Of a DNA stretch of 64,000 bases, positions 49,984 to 63,376 are shown piece after piece (the first letter of the stretch is position 1; every line of letters begins with the position of its first letter). The position numbers were made by a program, and so were the translations under genes. The notes beneath the pieces are model-generated. The model was given only the letters and a program-made list of their open reading frames with translations, made no database searches and had not been told where the DNA came from. The stretch lies in NCBI GenBank assembly GCA_021432655.1, contig MU271355.1:1-64000 (forward strand). The letters run 5' to 3'. This DNA comes from Atractiella rhizophila (taxonomy: Eukaryota).

Positions 49984-51772
49984 TCAGAAGCTGGTGCGGC
50001 CAAAGTCAGCGTAAGGATACTGGACCAAGATCTGCTTGATGAGCCACCACGCAGGAGTAGCATACGTGACATGGTTGTGAAAGCCTTTTGCCTCTCCAGA
50101 GTGGAGCATACCGAGCATGCGCCCCTCGCGAGTCCAGACGAGTGATCCAGAGTCGCCTTTGCTGGCAAAGGAACCAATTATCCGGTCGAAGTTATAGATG
50201 CATGCTTCTCTGGACTGCTTACCGAATTTGTCGCGGATGTAGGCTTCCAAGCCGGCATAACGGCCGATCGTGAAGTCAGTGGTATTTCCGTCCTTGCCAA
50301 CAATGTAGACGGGGACCATGTTCTCGTCGATATCGTTGGGATTATCCATGGCCTTAGGGTCGACAAAACCGCTGATGCGGTGGACGCGGTTTGAGGCGAA
50401 CTTGGCTCCCGACCGACAGACAGGGTTGGGCCAGAACATGGCGTTGAGTTCGCTAGGGTTCCACTTGCTCCCTGATCGCTACTTTCAATAATCGGGATAT
50501 GAAAAGAATGAGACAAGACGCACCGAGATCGACGAGGTTACCCTGAAAGGCGTCTTTGAACTTGGCATCGTTAAGCCTGAAGGTACCGATATCCCGCGTG
50601 TAGTGGTTATGCTCATCGATGGAGATCTTGGGGGCCCAATGGACGTGACCGATGTTTCGGTCGTCCATGGCGCTGAAGTTGGTCGTGACGTCCCTCAACC
50701 ACGCCTCAACTATGCCGGTGTCCTCACTCAGCTTGTCCGCCTGCTCTTGCTTCCTCCGTAAGGCCCGCTCGTTCCGTTTGTCAGCCGGCTCGCCTTTCAA
50801 ACGCTCCACTTCGGTAGTGAGACGGGTTATCTCGTCGTGGTAATCTCGTACTAATTTGTTGCTGTCGGTGAGGACCCGGTCAAAGCGACGCGCACCACAA
50901 ACGCGAATCGGTCGGACAGGTGCTCCTTGACCCGTATACAAATAGTCAGTCGAGCTGTCAGAGTCGAGGACGTGCTTGCACGTCACTCCCATGACCTCGG
51001 TGCTTGGTTGGCCTTTGTTGTCCCTATTGACGTGGAAGTAGAATCCCAGACTGCCCTGGACGTCGGGTTTCTGACGACCCTTGCCCTGGACCTCTTTCTC
51101 TTTGGGAGCAATGGGTAGGCCGAGAGCGGCAGTCAAGGCGCGACGGACGGAATAGGTGGGGTCAGTTTCGTCCACGACGCTCATCAGACCTGCAAGCTGC
51201 TTCACGCTGGCTTCGTACCACTCGAGCACCACACCGTTAACTCCATGATCCTCGAGGACCTTGAGGACGGCGGGAGAGATGTCACGGCATTGCTCGGGAG
51301 TGGTTGACCCCGGATGGGTCGCGATCCAGAGTGTGACGGGAGAAAGCGTCTTCTTCCCCTCGTCATCGTAGGTGGAGAACCGAGCGCCTTTCAGAGAAGA
51401 GTAATCGATGCTGTTCTGTTCGAAGAGGTCAATGATCAAAGGCGCAACGATATGCCAGATCGGATTCAACGCCGTGTCGAAAACACCCTCTGCAGTCTTG
51501 AAGGGAAACTTGAAGAACCTATGTCCTCCAGGCGAAGGAAGAACGAACGGATTCGTGTCGCGATCAGTACGCCAAACGAGATGAGGAGGGTCATCGGAGA
51601 CGCCATTCCAAAAGTGCACCCGTTCGAACTTGCAGATAGAGGTGTGGGGCGGTGACATCGTACCACTCCCCGGGGACGAAGTCATCAGAGAGTTTCGCAC
51701 TATCATAAGAGGGTCTCGCACTAGTTGTCCAGCTGGTGTACCTACTACTGGAAAAGCCGCCATCGGATCCAC
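49984..51772 (-). CDS. Trypsin-fold serine protease-like protein (fungal S64/Ssy5-like); exons 51772(?)-50524 and 50471-49984
   Basis: Triad-like motifs VTCKHVL (H), RDIGTF (D) and SKGDSGSLV (S), plus VGKDGNTTDFTIG. A 52-nt GT-AG intron (50523-50472) joins the two ORFs in frame. Start codon uncertain. Confidence 0.82.
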
Positions 51773-52827
51773 TCAAGTGTGAAAGGTCGTCCTCATTGTC
51801 CTCCCCCCTCGACTCCGGATCTTGCCAATGCGGCGTTGATGTTTGCAAGCGAACAGCAGAGGGGTTCAACGCTTCATGCGGAAAGTCTCGGACGTCGTCC
51901 AACATGCGAATCGCTCTCAGTACACTTGATCGGATGAGGTCTCTTGTCGGAGACATCAGGATATTCTGTTCGAGGAGGCCCTGCAGCAAGAACTTTGTTT
52001 TTGTGAGCTTGACGTTCAGCTCGATGAACCCTTCGTCCATGCAAGCCTGCTCGTTTAGACTCCACCTAAAGGCGCCTCAGTTACCTTAAGAGCAGGTAAT
52101 AGAAAGATCCGTACTGTCGGTCCACCAGACGCCCTGTATGATGCCATAAATAACGGCGTGAGGAAGAAACAGACAGAGACCAACGGATGTCAGAGAAAAG
52201 GCCATCAGTGTCATCGGAAGAAATGACACTCGCAACGTTGAGGTCATCTAGGAACGAGTTCTCGGTGTCCTTCCTCTGACACTCCGCTTGCATTAGATGA
52301 AGAGTTTCCTATCAAAGACGTACACAATCAGGTTTTGGGCACTGGACAGGGATGGAGAGCTTACCCGAACGCTAGGTGGAAGGTTAGAGCTTGCCCAAAG
52401 AAGGAGAGCATCGTTCTCTCTCCTCAACTCCTCCTTAATGGACGGTTGATCGAGCGCAATATCGATCGCTTCTCTTCGCAAGAGAGCAGTGAAGATGCGC
52501 ATAAACGATTCGGTGATGCTTCACAAAGCAGTGGTAACACTCACGCCCATTTCTTACAGGTGAGAAAAAGGGAACGTACCTTGTGAACCGATGCAACTGT
52601 GTATCCTCCAGACCTTGATGAACCCAAGCAACAATCCCCTGTAGCCTCTCTGCCAAACACATAATCACATTGGAGTTGAACATGAGACTTCGATGCTGCG
52701 TTAGGACGGCCACAGTAGCAAGCGCCGCATGTACACTTTGTACCCTAGCGTGAAAATCCATTGCGGAGAGTGCATTTCGCGTTAGTTGACCAGCGTCAGC
52801 ATCCGACTTCAGAATCACCAGGTCCAA
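51591..52827 (-). CDS. Hypothetical multi-exon helical protein whose 3' end overlaps the protease ORF start
   Basis: Successive - strand ORFs 52827.., 52502.., 52293.. and 52040..51591, with GTACGT/GTAAGC donors. No recognised domain. Confidence 0.45.
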
Positions 52828-53173
52828 GTCACGGTTTCGTCAACATGAGAAGTGCGCAGAGAGTTGTAGTAGGCCATTGGAGAACAGAAAGAATCAAGGG
52901 ATTAGGAAGAGATGTCATGCGATCCACAGGATGAACGAGCAAGTCGAACGAGGTAGAAGAGTAATGTGGCGCTCACCGTAGACATGACAGCGTTATCGGA
53001 ACTTGCGACAAGCTGTTAGTGACTCTGTTTGAAGACTTGGGAGGCTCTTGACCCTTTTGTTCTGTCTAGCGTATATAAGTTTTGACAGAGATGAAGAACA
53101 CAGAAGATCAACACGCACGATGAGCAAAGTGCCCTGATCTGTCAAAGGTTCCCAAGTATCTAGCAAAAGAATA

Positions 53174-53340
53174 AGCAGACCCGTCGCCTAAGGTGTCGGA
53201 GTTGGTCGGCGATAAAACTGGTCGACCAGTTTTGACCTGCTTTTTGGCTTGCAAATTTTCTCAAAATTAAAGCGCAAAACCATTTTTCTGCTTGCGGCCT
53301 CCGGCCGCTTGCGCAAACCCCTGGGGGCCACCAGTTTGCC
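53174..53340. repeat. Second copy of the CAGCAGACCCGTCG-family end
   Basis: Reverse-complement match to 19823-19970; the same 20-bp palindrome lies at 53214-53233. Confidence 0.85.
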
Positions 53341-53529
53341 ACTCACAGCGATTGTTCTTGGGATTCTGGCCAACACGATGGAAATATTTTGCAGTGAGTG
53401 GATACTCTTGTTTTGGCATTCTCGTAGTGGGGTTGATTCGAAAAGAACACCACGAGACAAAACAATTGCAATAAAAATACACCCCCTCAAAAAAAAATTT
53501 CAAAGTTAAGCTCAAAATTAAGCTCCCAA

Positions 53530-53654
53530 ACGGCATGGCAGCTAACCGATGTGGCCGCCTGCCTGGCAGAACAATGGCAGAACAAAAAAATTGCTGTGGC
53601 AGAACGTTGGCAATACCGTAATGGCAGAATGGTAAGGTATTCCCCCGCACGCTA
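53530..53654. mobile_element. Possible hAT-like terminus with TGGCAG(AA) subterminal repeats
   Basis: Several TGGCA(G) motifs ending ...CCCGCACGCTA. Confidence 0.35.
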
Positions 53655-54050
53655 TCCGATACACTTTCCTTCCCTGAAAAAAAGTCGAATAGTTTTGGAC
53701 AGGGCTAGTGGAAACAGGTCATAACAGTCAGATAACAGTAAACCTTGTGGCTCAAGTGCCTTCTGTGCCCTTGTAGTAGCTCAACTGAGGGCAGCTAATG
53801 TGAACTTACACTTGTGGGTCGGTCCCCAAAATCTGTTCGACTTCAAGTCGCCATCCCTTTACCATAAAACGGCGCACACTCTATTGACCAAGAATTGCCA
53901 ATGTTCCTCGAGACGGACAGAGAGACAAAGAGCACGCCAAGCTTTTAAAATAAGATTACAGAGAAACATCAGCGGCTAGCGGGGGTCATCCACTCGTTGT
54001 TATTGGAAAAGATAATTTGAAAGTAAATAAATTTGGAATGTGATGAGAGC

Positions 54051-56097
54051 CTAGCTTGTCTTCATGCCACTCCCAGAACCTCTCGACTTCTTTGAGGCTT
54101 GTGTAGATGACGGCAACTCCTCTCCCTTCCTCTTTCGCCTTCTCTGACCAGGACGCCTAGCCTCGTAATCGTAGGCCGCATCCTCCTCGTTTCCCCAGTT
54201 TCCCGACACAAGTGAACTCTCCAGTATCTCGCGCAAGTACTTGTGAGTCACCATCCTTCCTCGTATCGTTTTTTCCTCTCGAATCGCAGTCGCCTCTACA
54301 TCTGCCTCCGTAAACGGCCTTTTAACTGCAACCTGATGATCTGCTTCTGATTTTTCTTCTCCTCCCTACTCCATCCAAGAATAGAGTGTCTCAAGACAGT
54401 CATCACTTCTTCGAGGAGCTCCTCGAATGCTGGCGCAGCTCTAAGTTGGAGACTACTGACAGCCTGCTGTGACCCGATCACAAGCCTTCTTGCATCGACG
54501 GATGCTGCGAGTTTGTCGAGCGGCACTCTATCAAAGTTTGAGAGGAATGTCCGCGTTGGTCGGGAGCCATGTCGCTCGCCGCATAGGAGGCAGCGATCCA
54601 CAAGAGGACATAGACGAACGACTCCATGTCGTCCTGCACTTCATGTCTTACAGGCGAATCATGCACCATGCTCTCCAGGAGACGCAGCGACATGAATTCC
54701 TCTGTGCCCTGTTAACAAGTCAACAGCCACATTCACACCAAACAATAACACCTACAGTTCGCTCATTCGCGTCAGATGAATCCCCTCCCACCTTAGCCAA
54801 TTCCCAATCACCTAGAAAACCTTGCCCCTTGTCGTCAAACAGGATATTTCCCTCTGAAATGTCTCGATGAAGGATCGAAGGTGCGTCATTGGAAGCATCG
54901 AAGGCTTTTTCATGAGCTGTACACATTCATTTACATGAGAATTACATGTGTCAAAAAATTTTCGTACCTTCGAGCGCGTCAGCAAGGGCCTGAACCAGGA
55001 ATTTCGTGGATGGAAACTCCCACAGCGGACGGACAACTTTGTCTAAAACTAACCGATAGTGGCGGAGTGATTTCCCCCCAGGCCCAAGAGCAACTTGGGA
55101 CGGCCCCGAACATCCCCATGGGCGACAAGTTTCAGGACATGCGGTACCCCTTTCTTTTTCAGCGACTCGTAGACTTCGCCTTCCGCCTGAGTGTATCCTG
55201 TGTTGCGCCACGTATCCTTCAAGAAAACACGCTGTTCTTCCTCATTCGCTCCGGCCGGGTCAAACGCCCGAAAACATCTTGTTCCGCGGCCGATTGGGGC
55301 GTTATGTCGGTAGTTGAACGGGGTGGAGACATAGAAGTGTCTGGTTTTCGTACCCGCGCTCTCGACTGAGACCATGAAGAGAGACTCGTTAGGGCTGAGG
55401 TTTAGAACCTCTCGAGCCCGATTGGATACTTTGTTTTCTGGTGCTGGGACAAAGGTCGTGTCATGTCCGCGCTCCTGTTGACTGGCGTGCGTATACCTCC
55501 TCTTGAAGGTAGTAATCCTTGGAGTAATCGAAAGAATGCGTGACTTGAATTCCGGCTCGCGAGTGGCAGATCAGTATCGCGTGATGACCTCGCACGTAAA
55601 ACGAGAAAACTCGAGTTCGCTGCTGAGTCGACAAAATCATCGTGCTGTAGATAATGATCTGGCCGCGTGTCTGTCGTCCCGTAATGCTGTCTGTCTCCAC
55701 AGTCCGGACAGTTTCCGTCCCCTCCTCAACTGCGTCTTCGAAAGGATCGCTTTCCTTCCTGACTTTGAACTCCCCAAAACCTTCAGCCCGCGCCATGTCC
55801 GCCTTGTCACCCTTCATTCCCTTCGTTCCATCGGTCTCTTTTCACCGTACGATGAATGGTAAAGAGTGACATCCGGTTTACCACGATCGGATCCACAAAC
55901 TGGTGCAAACGACCAGCCCTCGTTCGACTGGCTCGTATTTGCTAGTTTCCAATCCCTCAGAAACGGAGCCATGTACTCGATCTAGAGAACTGCTCATCAA
56001 TACTTGTACCTGATAATGGAGGGAACACCTACGAAAGGAACATAATGGTCGAAGTTCTCGTGGTCGGAAAGGGTTGGAGGTGGCTCCGGTGTCGGCA
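54051..56097 (-). pseudogene. FunK1 fungal-specific protein kinase, 3' part (gene split by the MULE)
   Basis: GEFK...DPF, RGQIIIY, IGRGTRCF, FLKDTWR, HYRLVL, ILHRDISEGNIL, LGDWELAK, HEVQDDMESFVYVLLW. Confidence 0.9.
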
Positions 56098-59000
56098 ACG
56101 ATCCCTACCCTGGCCCCACAACTTTAACACTACAATTCCGTCTGGCCCGTGACTAGGAATGTAACCAGAGCTGTTCCCGATTTCTGTTCAGACCTCGCAA
56201 AGTGGTCTAACTTGCTCTTTGCATTCTATGGCCTTCTGTGCCATGAAAAACCAGTATACCTCACAAAGTAAAGCATTATGCCTCCTTTCCAAGCAACTCA
56301 GTGTACTGTATGTGGTACTCGACGCACCCAAAGCAGCTACCACCCAACTCAGCTTCCGCACAATGTTCTTTCTACCTCAAAGAAACAGTGTCACCTTGGA
56401 GTAATTCTCACATTAGATGAGTTGCGAGAGGAGTTAAGAGAGACAGCAAATTTAGATAAGGTGGAGAGGGATTTTGTCTTTGACTTGACGGAGTTGAAGA
56501 GGGAGTTGGATGATGGCGAGACAAAACGGATTCGAAGGGGAAAAGGAGATCGAGAGCTTACACAAGAAAAGATACTGCAGCATGCCATTCAAGAACTTGT
56601 GCAGGAGTGTACAGGCTACTACTTCACGTAGGTTTACTCTCATTCTGAGTCTGGTTAGCAATGCTTACATTTATGAACTTCAAGATACTTTGATGCACCT
56701 AATCATGGTACCTATTGCAAGAAAGCACGGTTCCATTGTTCTCAGCAGTCACAAAGGAGAAGTAAAGGCAAATCCCATCAGAAAAGCTTGAAGATTGGTG
56801 TGAAAGGAAGGGATACTATCGGAATGCGAAGATATGATTGCGAGGGTTCTCTCAACTTCAACATCTATCACTCAGGTCCGAGCGATATCCAGAAAATAGC
56901 ACATCTGAAGCTGTGGCATCAATGTCAACATGAGCCTTATGTGGAGGTGGGATTGACCAAAGCGCAGCAAGACTTCATCAACACAAACTTCCGCCTTCTT
57001 CCTCCTCGTGTACTCTTTCATGCAATCTCCAACAGCAAAGATATGCACATCAAACCGAAGAAACACGAGCCACTTAGTCAAGCCTCTGTTTACCGCTATT
57101 GGATGGAGAGATCGACAGATGAGTGGCAACTGGATCCTGACTCGCGCACATCCGCATTCAAACTCCTTGAGGAGCAGGAGGGTATCGATGTGTTGTCTAT
57201 TGGATTGGAAGCAAATGGAGTAGAAGCATATGCTTTTCTCGATAGAGAGATGGTGAAAGAATTGGGACCAACACTTGTAGAAGCAGCTATGGATGCAACA
57301 TGTGTGTGCTTCTAACGTCTCTGAACAAGGTGAATCTGACAACAATATGCAATAGATAAAACGAATAAAGAGAACCTTGAGCTCTTTACTGTTATGGCAG
57401 AAGTCGATGGCATGGGATTTCCGCTTGGCTACATGCTGCTTTCAGCCACCGAGAAGCTTGTACCACATGTCAAAACCGAAGGCATTCGTCGTTTCTGCAA
57501 GGGACTAAAGGAAAGAAGAATCAACCCTCGAATCATGCACGTCGACAAAGATCTCACAGAAATCAATGCCATCAAGCAGACTTGGCCAGATGCCAAGATT
57601 TCTCTGTGCCTCTGGCATGTAAAGGATGCTGTGAAGAAGCGATTGTGCCGAAACGATCCAACAAGGGAATATGACTCAATTCGAGCGCACGCTTGCCACT
57701 CCTTCATTGACCCAACTTTCTGTCCTGATCCCTCCAATGTTTCGGAGTACTCCTCTGCTCCATCAGGGGCGGACACCATTGCCAAAATGGTGACAGTGAA
57801 ACGAAAGCTCAATACAACTTTTTGCCCGACCGAGGAGAGGGAAAAAGTGCTGGAGATGATGTTCACTCACTATTGCCAACATCACACTTTTCCAGTTCAA
57901 GACAAAGACGAGATTATCTCTGCCCAGGAGATACACCTCCGTGCAGTCTGGCAAATGTATGAGTTCTGTCATGAGCGAGACTTGCGCGAGTGTTGGGCAT
58001 ATCTGTGGAATGAATGGTACTGTCCGGAGAAGTGGGTATTGTGGGCTCGCAGTGCTTTTGACGAGATCCCATTCCTTCGGACAACAACGATCGTTGAGGC
58101 ACACTGGAAGGTTATCAAGCACCAATTTCTACATGACTTCAAAGCACCACGGTTGGATCTCATAGTCCACATACTTTGCTCCGCTATCTTTCCACACTTT
58201 CGGACCAAATTCTACAACCACAAGTCTTTTCAACAACGACCTCGTGTGGTTGCGCCATGGCGATCTGAATTCAAGCACTATTTCAAGAAGTGTCAAATGG
58301 ATAACCCTTCTCCTGCAATTGGCGACCGCATCAATGGCAAGTACTTCACCTGCTCATGTGGCGCATTTTTGCGATCCCGCTTTTTGCTGTGCAAGCATTT
58401 GATATATGTCCTTGCTGTCTCCGACATCAAGCTGCCGGATGACTTCTTTAGGACAATCCAGCGGAGCAGGACTGCACCATACTGGAGACACCCTATTCTT
58501 GCTGAACTTGCAGAGAGGAGGGAGTATGCACGCATGAAGGTGCCGATCGATGCATACCGTCGATGGAGTGTGGAAGAGGCAGCCAGTGCAGAAGCAGGAG
58601 AGAAGATGATGGAGATGGAATTGAGAGGAGAAACGTCAGATTCACAGGACAGTGAGGAGTATCAGGATAATGTGGACTGGGAATGGAGGACACCGTGGCC
58701 ACAGCCTCAGGCAAATGCAACAGGAGCCTCTACAACAACTTTGTCCGAAGACAAGCAGGAACGCTTGAAAAAGATCGAAGCAATAGTTCTAGACTATCTC
58801 CACCTCATCAACACATTCCAACAGGATGGCGGAGTGCACAGCAAGCAGCTTGACCACATGGAGGCCACAGTTTCCAAATTGGCAAAAGACTTAGATGAGG
58901 TGGATACACATCTAGGGAAGCGGAAGAGAGATAATAATCAGCAATTATCTCACAACAAACTCGTTGGGTACAACCTCCCTGAAACGTACAGTATGTGTTC

Positions 59001-59563
59001 CTCTTAGTCCTATTCCTCAGGATTGATTTGAAGCAGAGCGCAGAAGAATCGAATAGGATTAAATGCAGATAACCTGTGACTCAACCCACATAGTCTTGAC
59101 TATCATACGGCCATTTTAATAATAAGTTTCATTCATATTTGACAGCTGTATAAGAGAGAAAGCGCAGACAAAATCCATCGCTCCCATCGCTGAGGAGTAA
59201 AATACCACAGCACCAATTACAAACAGAAACACTCACCTTTTAGACTGAGTCGATGTATCCTCTTACACATCCTGTTAACTCAACTAAACGTGACAGGTAC
59301 TCCACCCAAAGATCACACCATCGACACCTAAGAAGCATCTCCCCACCCATTCGCGAGGCCCGGGCAAGCGCACAATTCACAACTTCATGTAGGAAGGGTC
59401 GGGAAATACGTGAGACCATTGAGGGGAGCGAGAGCAGTGGGAGAACAGGAGGAGGCGTCGTTGATCTTGGTGAACTTGTCGTGCATGCCTCTCTAGTTTC
59501 GTTGTTTGGGCAATGCCGAACGGCGCTGTAGTGTTAAGGTTGTGGGGCCAGGGTAGGGATTGT
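56098..59563 (+). mobile_element. Mutator-like element (MULE), full length
   Basis: ~37-bp TIRs AC(G/A)ATCCCTACCCTGGCCCCACAAC(T/C)TTAACACTACA; perfect 9-bp TSD GTGTCGGCA at 56089-56097 and 59564-59572. Confidence 0.96.
56278..59056 (+). CDS. MULE transposase with SWIM finger, apparently intact (exons ~56278-56627, 56685-57301, 57356-58990, 59037-59056)
   Basis: After splicing: MDATYKTN (D1), HVDKD (D2), LCLWH, TTTIVEAHW (E) and TCSCGAFLRSRFLLCKHL (SWIM). No stops in the spliced frame. Confidence 0.92.
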
Positions 59564-59801
59564 GTGTCGGCATCGTTGATATCGAAGGATAAGGCAGCAT
59601 GTCCAAAAACTTTTTCGCATCGATGTAGACAAAGCGTCCTGCCGTCTCTTGAGCTGCGCGAAGTTTTGCTTCGTCCGGCACTTCAGGCTGGGAGGCTTGG
59701 CTTCGGAAACTGGTGCGGCTCGTGGTACGATGGGGGGTGATTTTTTGTTGATTAGAAGTGGGAACCAGACCAGATTGTGGAGGAGTGGGAGGAGAACTCA
59801 T
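59564..59801 (-). pseudogene. FunK1 kinase, 5' part
   Basis: MSSPPTPP...KKFLDMLPYPSISTMPT continues in frame as PEPPPTLSDHENFDHYVPF on the other side of the MULE once one TSD copy is removed. Confidence 0.85.
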
Positions 59802-59969
59802 GTTGAGAGTCTGGTAGTGGTTACGAAAGCAAAATGTCACATTCATGGAAGTGAGCGGGGCAGAAAAAGATCTTGGAAATGGAGAGGTGTGTTTTTCTGT
59901 CGCTTCAAATCTGACCTGATGTGGTCTAGAGCATCATTTTTCGAGATGTCACGGTAAAATTCACAAACA

Positions 59970-60362
59970 ATGGCCGCATGTTTGCGTTGTCCTTTGCTCC
60001 CTTTCCTACCATTGATAATTTTTTATAGTCCCATCGACCTCAACTTTTGGCATCATGACGACGGAGAGCCACACGGTTCATGTTCTGAGTATGAATCGGA
60101 ATCCTCCCTGGAGCCAGAAGTTGAAGGTTCCGAGTATGATGACGACAACTCATCCGGGGTATCTGGGAGCACGATGGATGGACATGAGGAAGACGAAGCT
60201 ATGAAGGAAGTAGAGATGGAGGTGGATGAGGAAGTAGAGATGAAGTCGCGGAGTGAGGCGGATATGGCGGTGGATGAGGTGATACCGACACCGGGTTCGA
60301 GGAAGAGAAAGGTCTCAGAAGGTGCACAGGTTCGTGCGGCGAAGCGTGCACGAAGTAGCTAG
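59970..60362 (+). CDS. Acidic low-complexity hypothetical ORF with basic NLS-like end (possibly first exon of a decayed gene extending to ~61900)
   Basis: E/D-rich stretch followed by RKRK and KRAR. No domain recognised. Confidence 0.3.
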   Translation: MAACLRCPLLPFLPLIIFYSPIDLNFWHHDDGEPHGSCSEYESESSLEPEVEGSEYDDDNSSGVSGSTMDGHEEDEAMKEVEMEVDEEVEMKSRSEADMAVDEVIPTPGSRKRKVSEGAQVRAAKRARSS

Positions 60363-61998
60363 AGCCCCGAATTGAGCTTGGTGCTTCCATTTAAGGGCTC
60401 TGTGGAAGATCATGAGAGCATAAGTAGTGCTGATCCAATCTTGTACTATCATTCGCGTTCAAATCAGCAGTGCATGCAGTTTCCTCAATGCTTTATTGAT
60501 TACGGCAGTTTGACACGCACAAGAGCCGTGAGATACTGTATACAGAGCCAATAGCGACTTGACGTGCGCCTTCTCCTTTCCCCACTTGCGCACTTGCGCG
60601 TTTAGTTTCCTTCGAGCACGTTCTGGAATTGTGGCCAACACAGGGATCTCTCTGTTTCTGTGTTATAAAAGCTTGTAAACCTGCAAGTGCGAGACTTATA
60701 CTCAGTGTTATCTCGCACTTCGCAGGTAATGTAGTTTCTTTGCATACTGAAGGCAACATATACTTATCACTTATCAGGATAGCTTTTTAATGATGAAGGA
60801 GAAGACTTCGAATACATTACGATCCGATTCTATCATCATACTTCACTAATTTTCGAACGCCTACGTGTTTAAGGCCCCGGAAGGTCCACCAGAGCGGAAA
60901 CTGCGATCATTGAGCGATGCGCACAACTCTGAATGTTCGACGTCGACAAGGGCTGAAGATTTCAGCCGAGGGTGGGTTCGTGGATGTCGAACATTCATTC
61001 ATCCTTTCGATGATGTTATCACATCAAGTCCACTCTTCAAACAGTCATTGCGGTTTACCTAAGTGTGTATTGCATTGGGACAAGAAGCATGTAAGGTATA
61101 GACATGGAAGCGAAGAAGGATGGATGTTTCCTGAAGGAAGGAATCTGTGGCGGGACGGCTGCGCTTGGACTCCCAGGAGACTGGTCGGTGGACTAGGAAA
61201 CATGTCGTTATCGGCGTTGAGAAAATGTCAAGCTGGACGAAATGGAAGTTTCCAAGCAGTTTTGAAGGGCAAGAGGCGGTAAAAACGAGACGGGACAAGG
61301 AGAGGACTGCGGATTTAATCACGACTTTGAGTCCGTAGATAGAGAAAGAGTGGCAACTTGGCCAGCACTCCTTCTGACAAGCAGAAAGGTATTCAGCCTC
61401 GTGGTTCTGACTTGCCAACTGACCAAGATTGAAGAAGTTCATCTGGTCCGAGTAATTTATTCAAGAGGGGAGTATCCGTTGTCTGGAACATGGAAGATTT
61501 TGCCCTACAACCTCGCTCAGAAGTTAGTCGTTACGTGTTGGTTACCTTTGAATTTCACGTCATTGTTTTGTGAAAAGTTTTAGAACATGATGGAAGCTGT
61601 CTTCCGGCCCGTTTTGTTCCTTCATTCTCCACACGGGATTGAAGGCTTGAATGCCTTTCAATCGGTAAGAAGGATCAAGGAAATGGCTTGCGTTTACGTC
61701 CTTGTTCTCAATGGGGACCGAAGGTCATGAGGCACATTCCCTTTAATGGCCAACAGCACCTTTGTTCTCGAACGTATAAAGTGGTCAGACGAGGGCTACC
61801 AACCGTCCAGTCGCCCCTCACCCGCCGTGCCTTCCGTTGTCGTTGAATTCGAAGAAGCCTGGGGAATCCTCAACATCACTATCACGACAGGCTTAACTGA
61901 CTACTGCTCAAAGAATTGTGACAATCGCTGACAAAGTTTATATCCTCATCAGAATAGTCCTCCCGCGAAACCACAACCCTTTTGTTCTTGTTCTTCAT

Positions 61999-63376
61999 AT
62001 GACAGAGATGGCTAAAGATGGGTTCCTCGAGCAGCGCGGAGTCGGAGGTTCGTCCAATTTTTGTGGCCTGCCTTACGAAGTTCTGCTGTTGATCCTCACA
62101 CAACTGGCCGCTTCCGCCACTGGCCAAAGCGACCTCAAGTCTATTTCTATGGCTTCTCAGGCCATGCACAAACTCGCTGTCAGGATCTTATTTCGCAAGC
62201 TCAGAATGCCAACGCCATATTTTTTGCGGCTCTCCCCCACTGAAATGTCGAAGCGAGAAAGCCCGATAGACCTCAACACGCTTCCCACTTTGTACCTGCG
62301 CTTCGTTCGATCCATAAATATTGCTTTGGAACCAGTCTACCGCTCTCCCCCCCACAGTGACCACCCACATAATCCGAAGAAGTGGTTGAAAAAATACTTC
62401 AGTCAGCTTCGGCAGCTGATGATAACCATATTTCGTCACTCGAAACCAACCCACTTGACTTTACTTATTGACAGAACATTCTTTTATGGCACAGAAGGTA
62501 CCATCCAGAGACCTGCGGATCTCCCCTCTCGATTCGCACACCCCTTTCGTACCACCATCTGTCCGACACATCCACCCCTTCAGCTCAATGTCCACTACAA
62601 GCATTCTCCCTACATGGACTCCCCGTCGAACTTTGACAGTTTACAGAATGGTAATTTGAACCTAACAAAAATTTGTCTTGAGCTTTTACAGTATCGAACC
62701 GGACCTGTTTGCAGATCTGGCATCCTTGAAACATTTGGTCGAACTGGACTTGTGTGTCATCCTACGAGGTTTCTGGTTGTACTCTGCTTCGCTTCCAAAG
62801 TTGTCAGCTCTAAAATTTTTGACCATCCGTGGACGCAACAATATTCTTCCGCCTACCTTTGACCCAATAGTTAAGGTCTTACAGACTTGCTCCTCCACCA
62901 TCGAAAAGTTCCACCTGGACATCCCTCTGAACAAAGGCAACGACCTGCCATGGTTTAATGAACTTGATCTTCCCTGTCTCAATTCCTTGGACATTGGCAA
63001 TAGCTGTGACACCTTCTCCCCACTCCAGCTCAAGCGCTTTATGTCCACTCTTTCCGCTTGTCCGATCCAATTTCTTAGCTTCGACGTTGGGCGAGTCGTG
63101 CCGGAAAACAGTGATGCCACTGTCGAAGAAACTGTTTACCAGTCAACATTCGCTGCCCTTTTGCTGGAAATCGTTTGCAATGAATGTAAGGAAGGGAACT
63201 GGACATACCTGGTAGAACTTTGGATACCGGTGCCAAAGGATTCAACCGGCTTCCAAACGGCTGCTACCAAGAACAATATCAAAGAGTTGGCAAGTGGCGC
63301 AGTTCATATTATGGTTCAGGAGGAGAGAGTGGCGCAGAGGCAGAGGCAATGGGTGGAATTGGATTACAGTTTTTAG
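61999..63376 (+). pseudogene. F-box plus LRR-like protein with one apparent frameshift
   Basis: F-box-like LPYEVLLLILTQL...DLKSISMASQAMHKLA, then LxxLxL repeats in 62678..63376. Removing one A from the A5 run at ~62667-62671 fuses the two ORFs. Confidence 0.72.
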
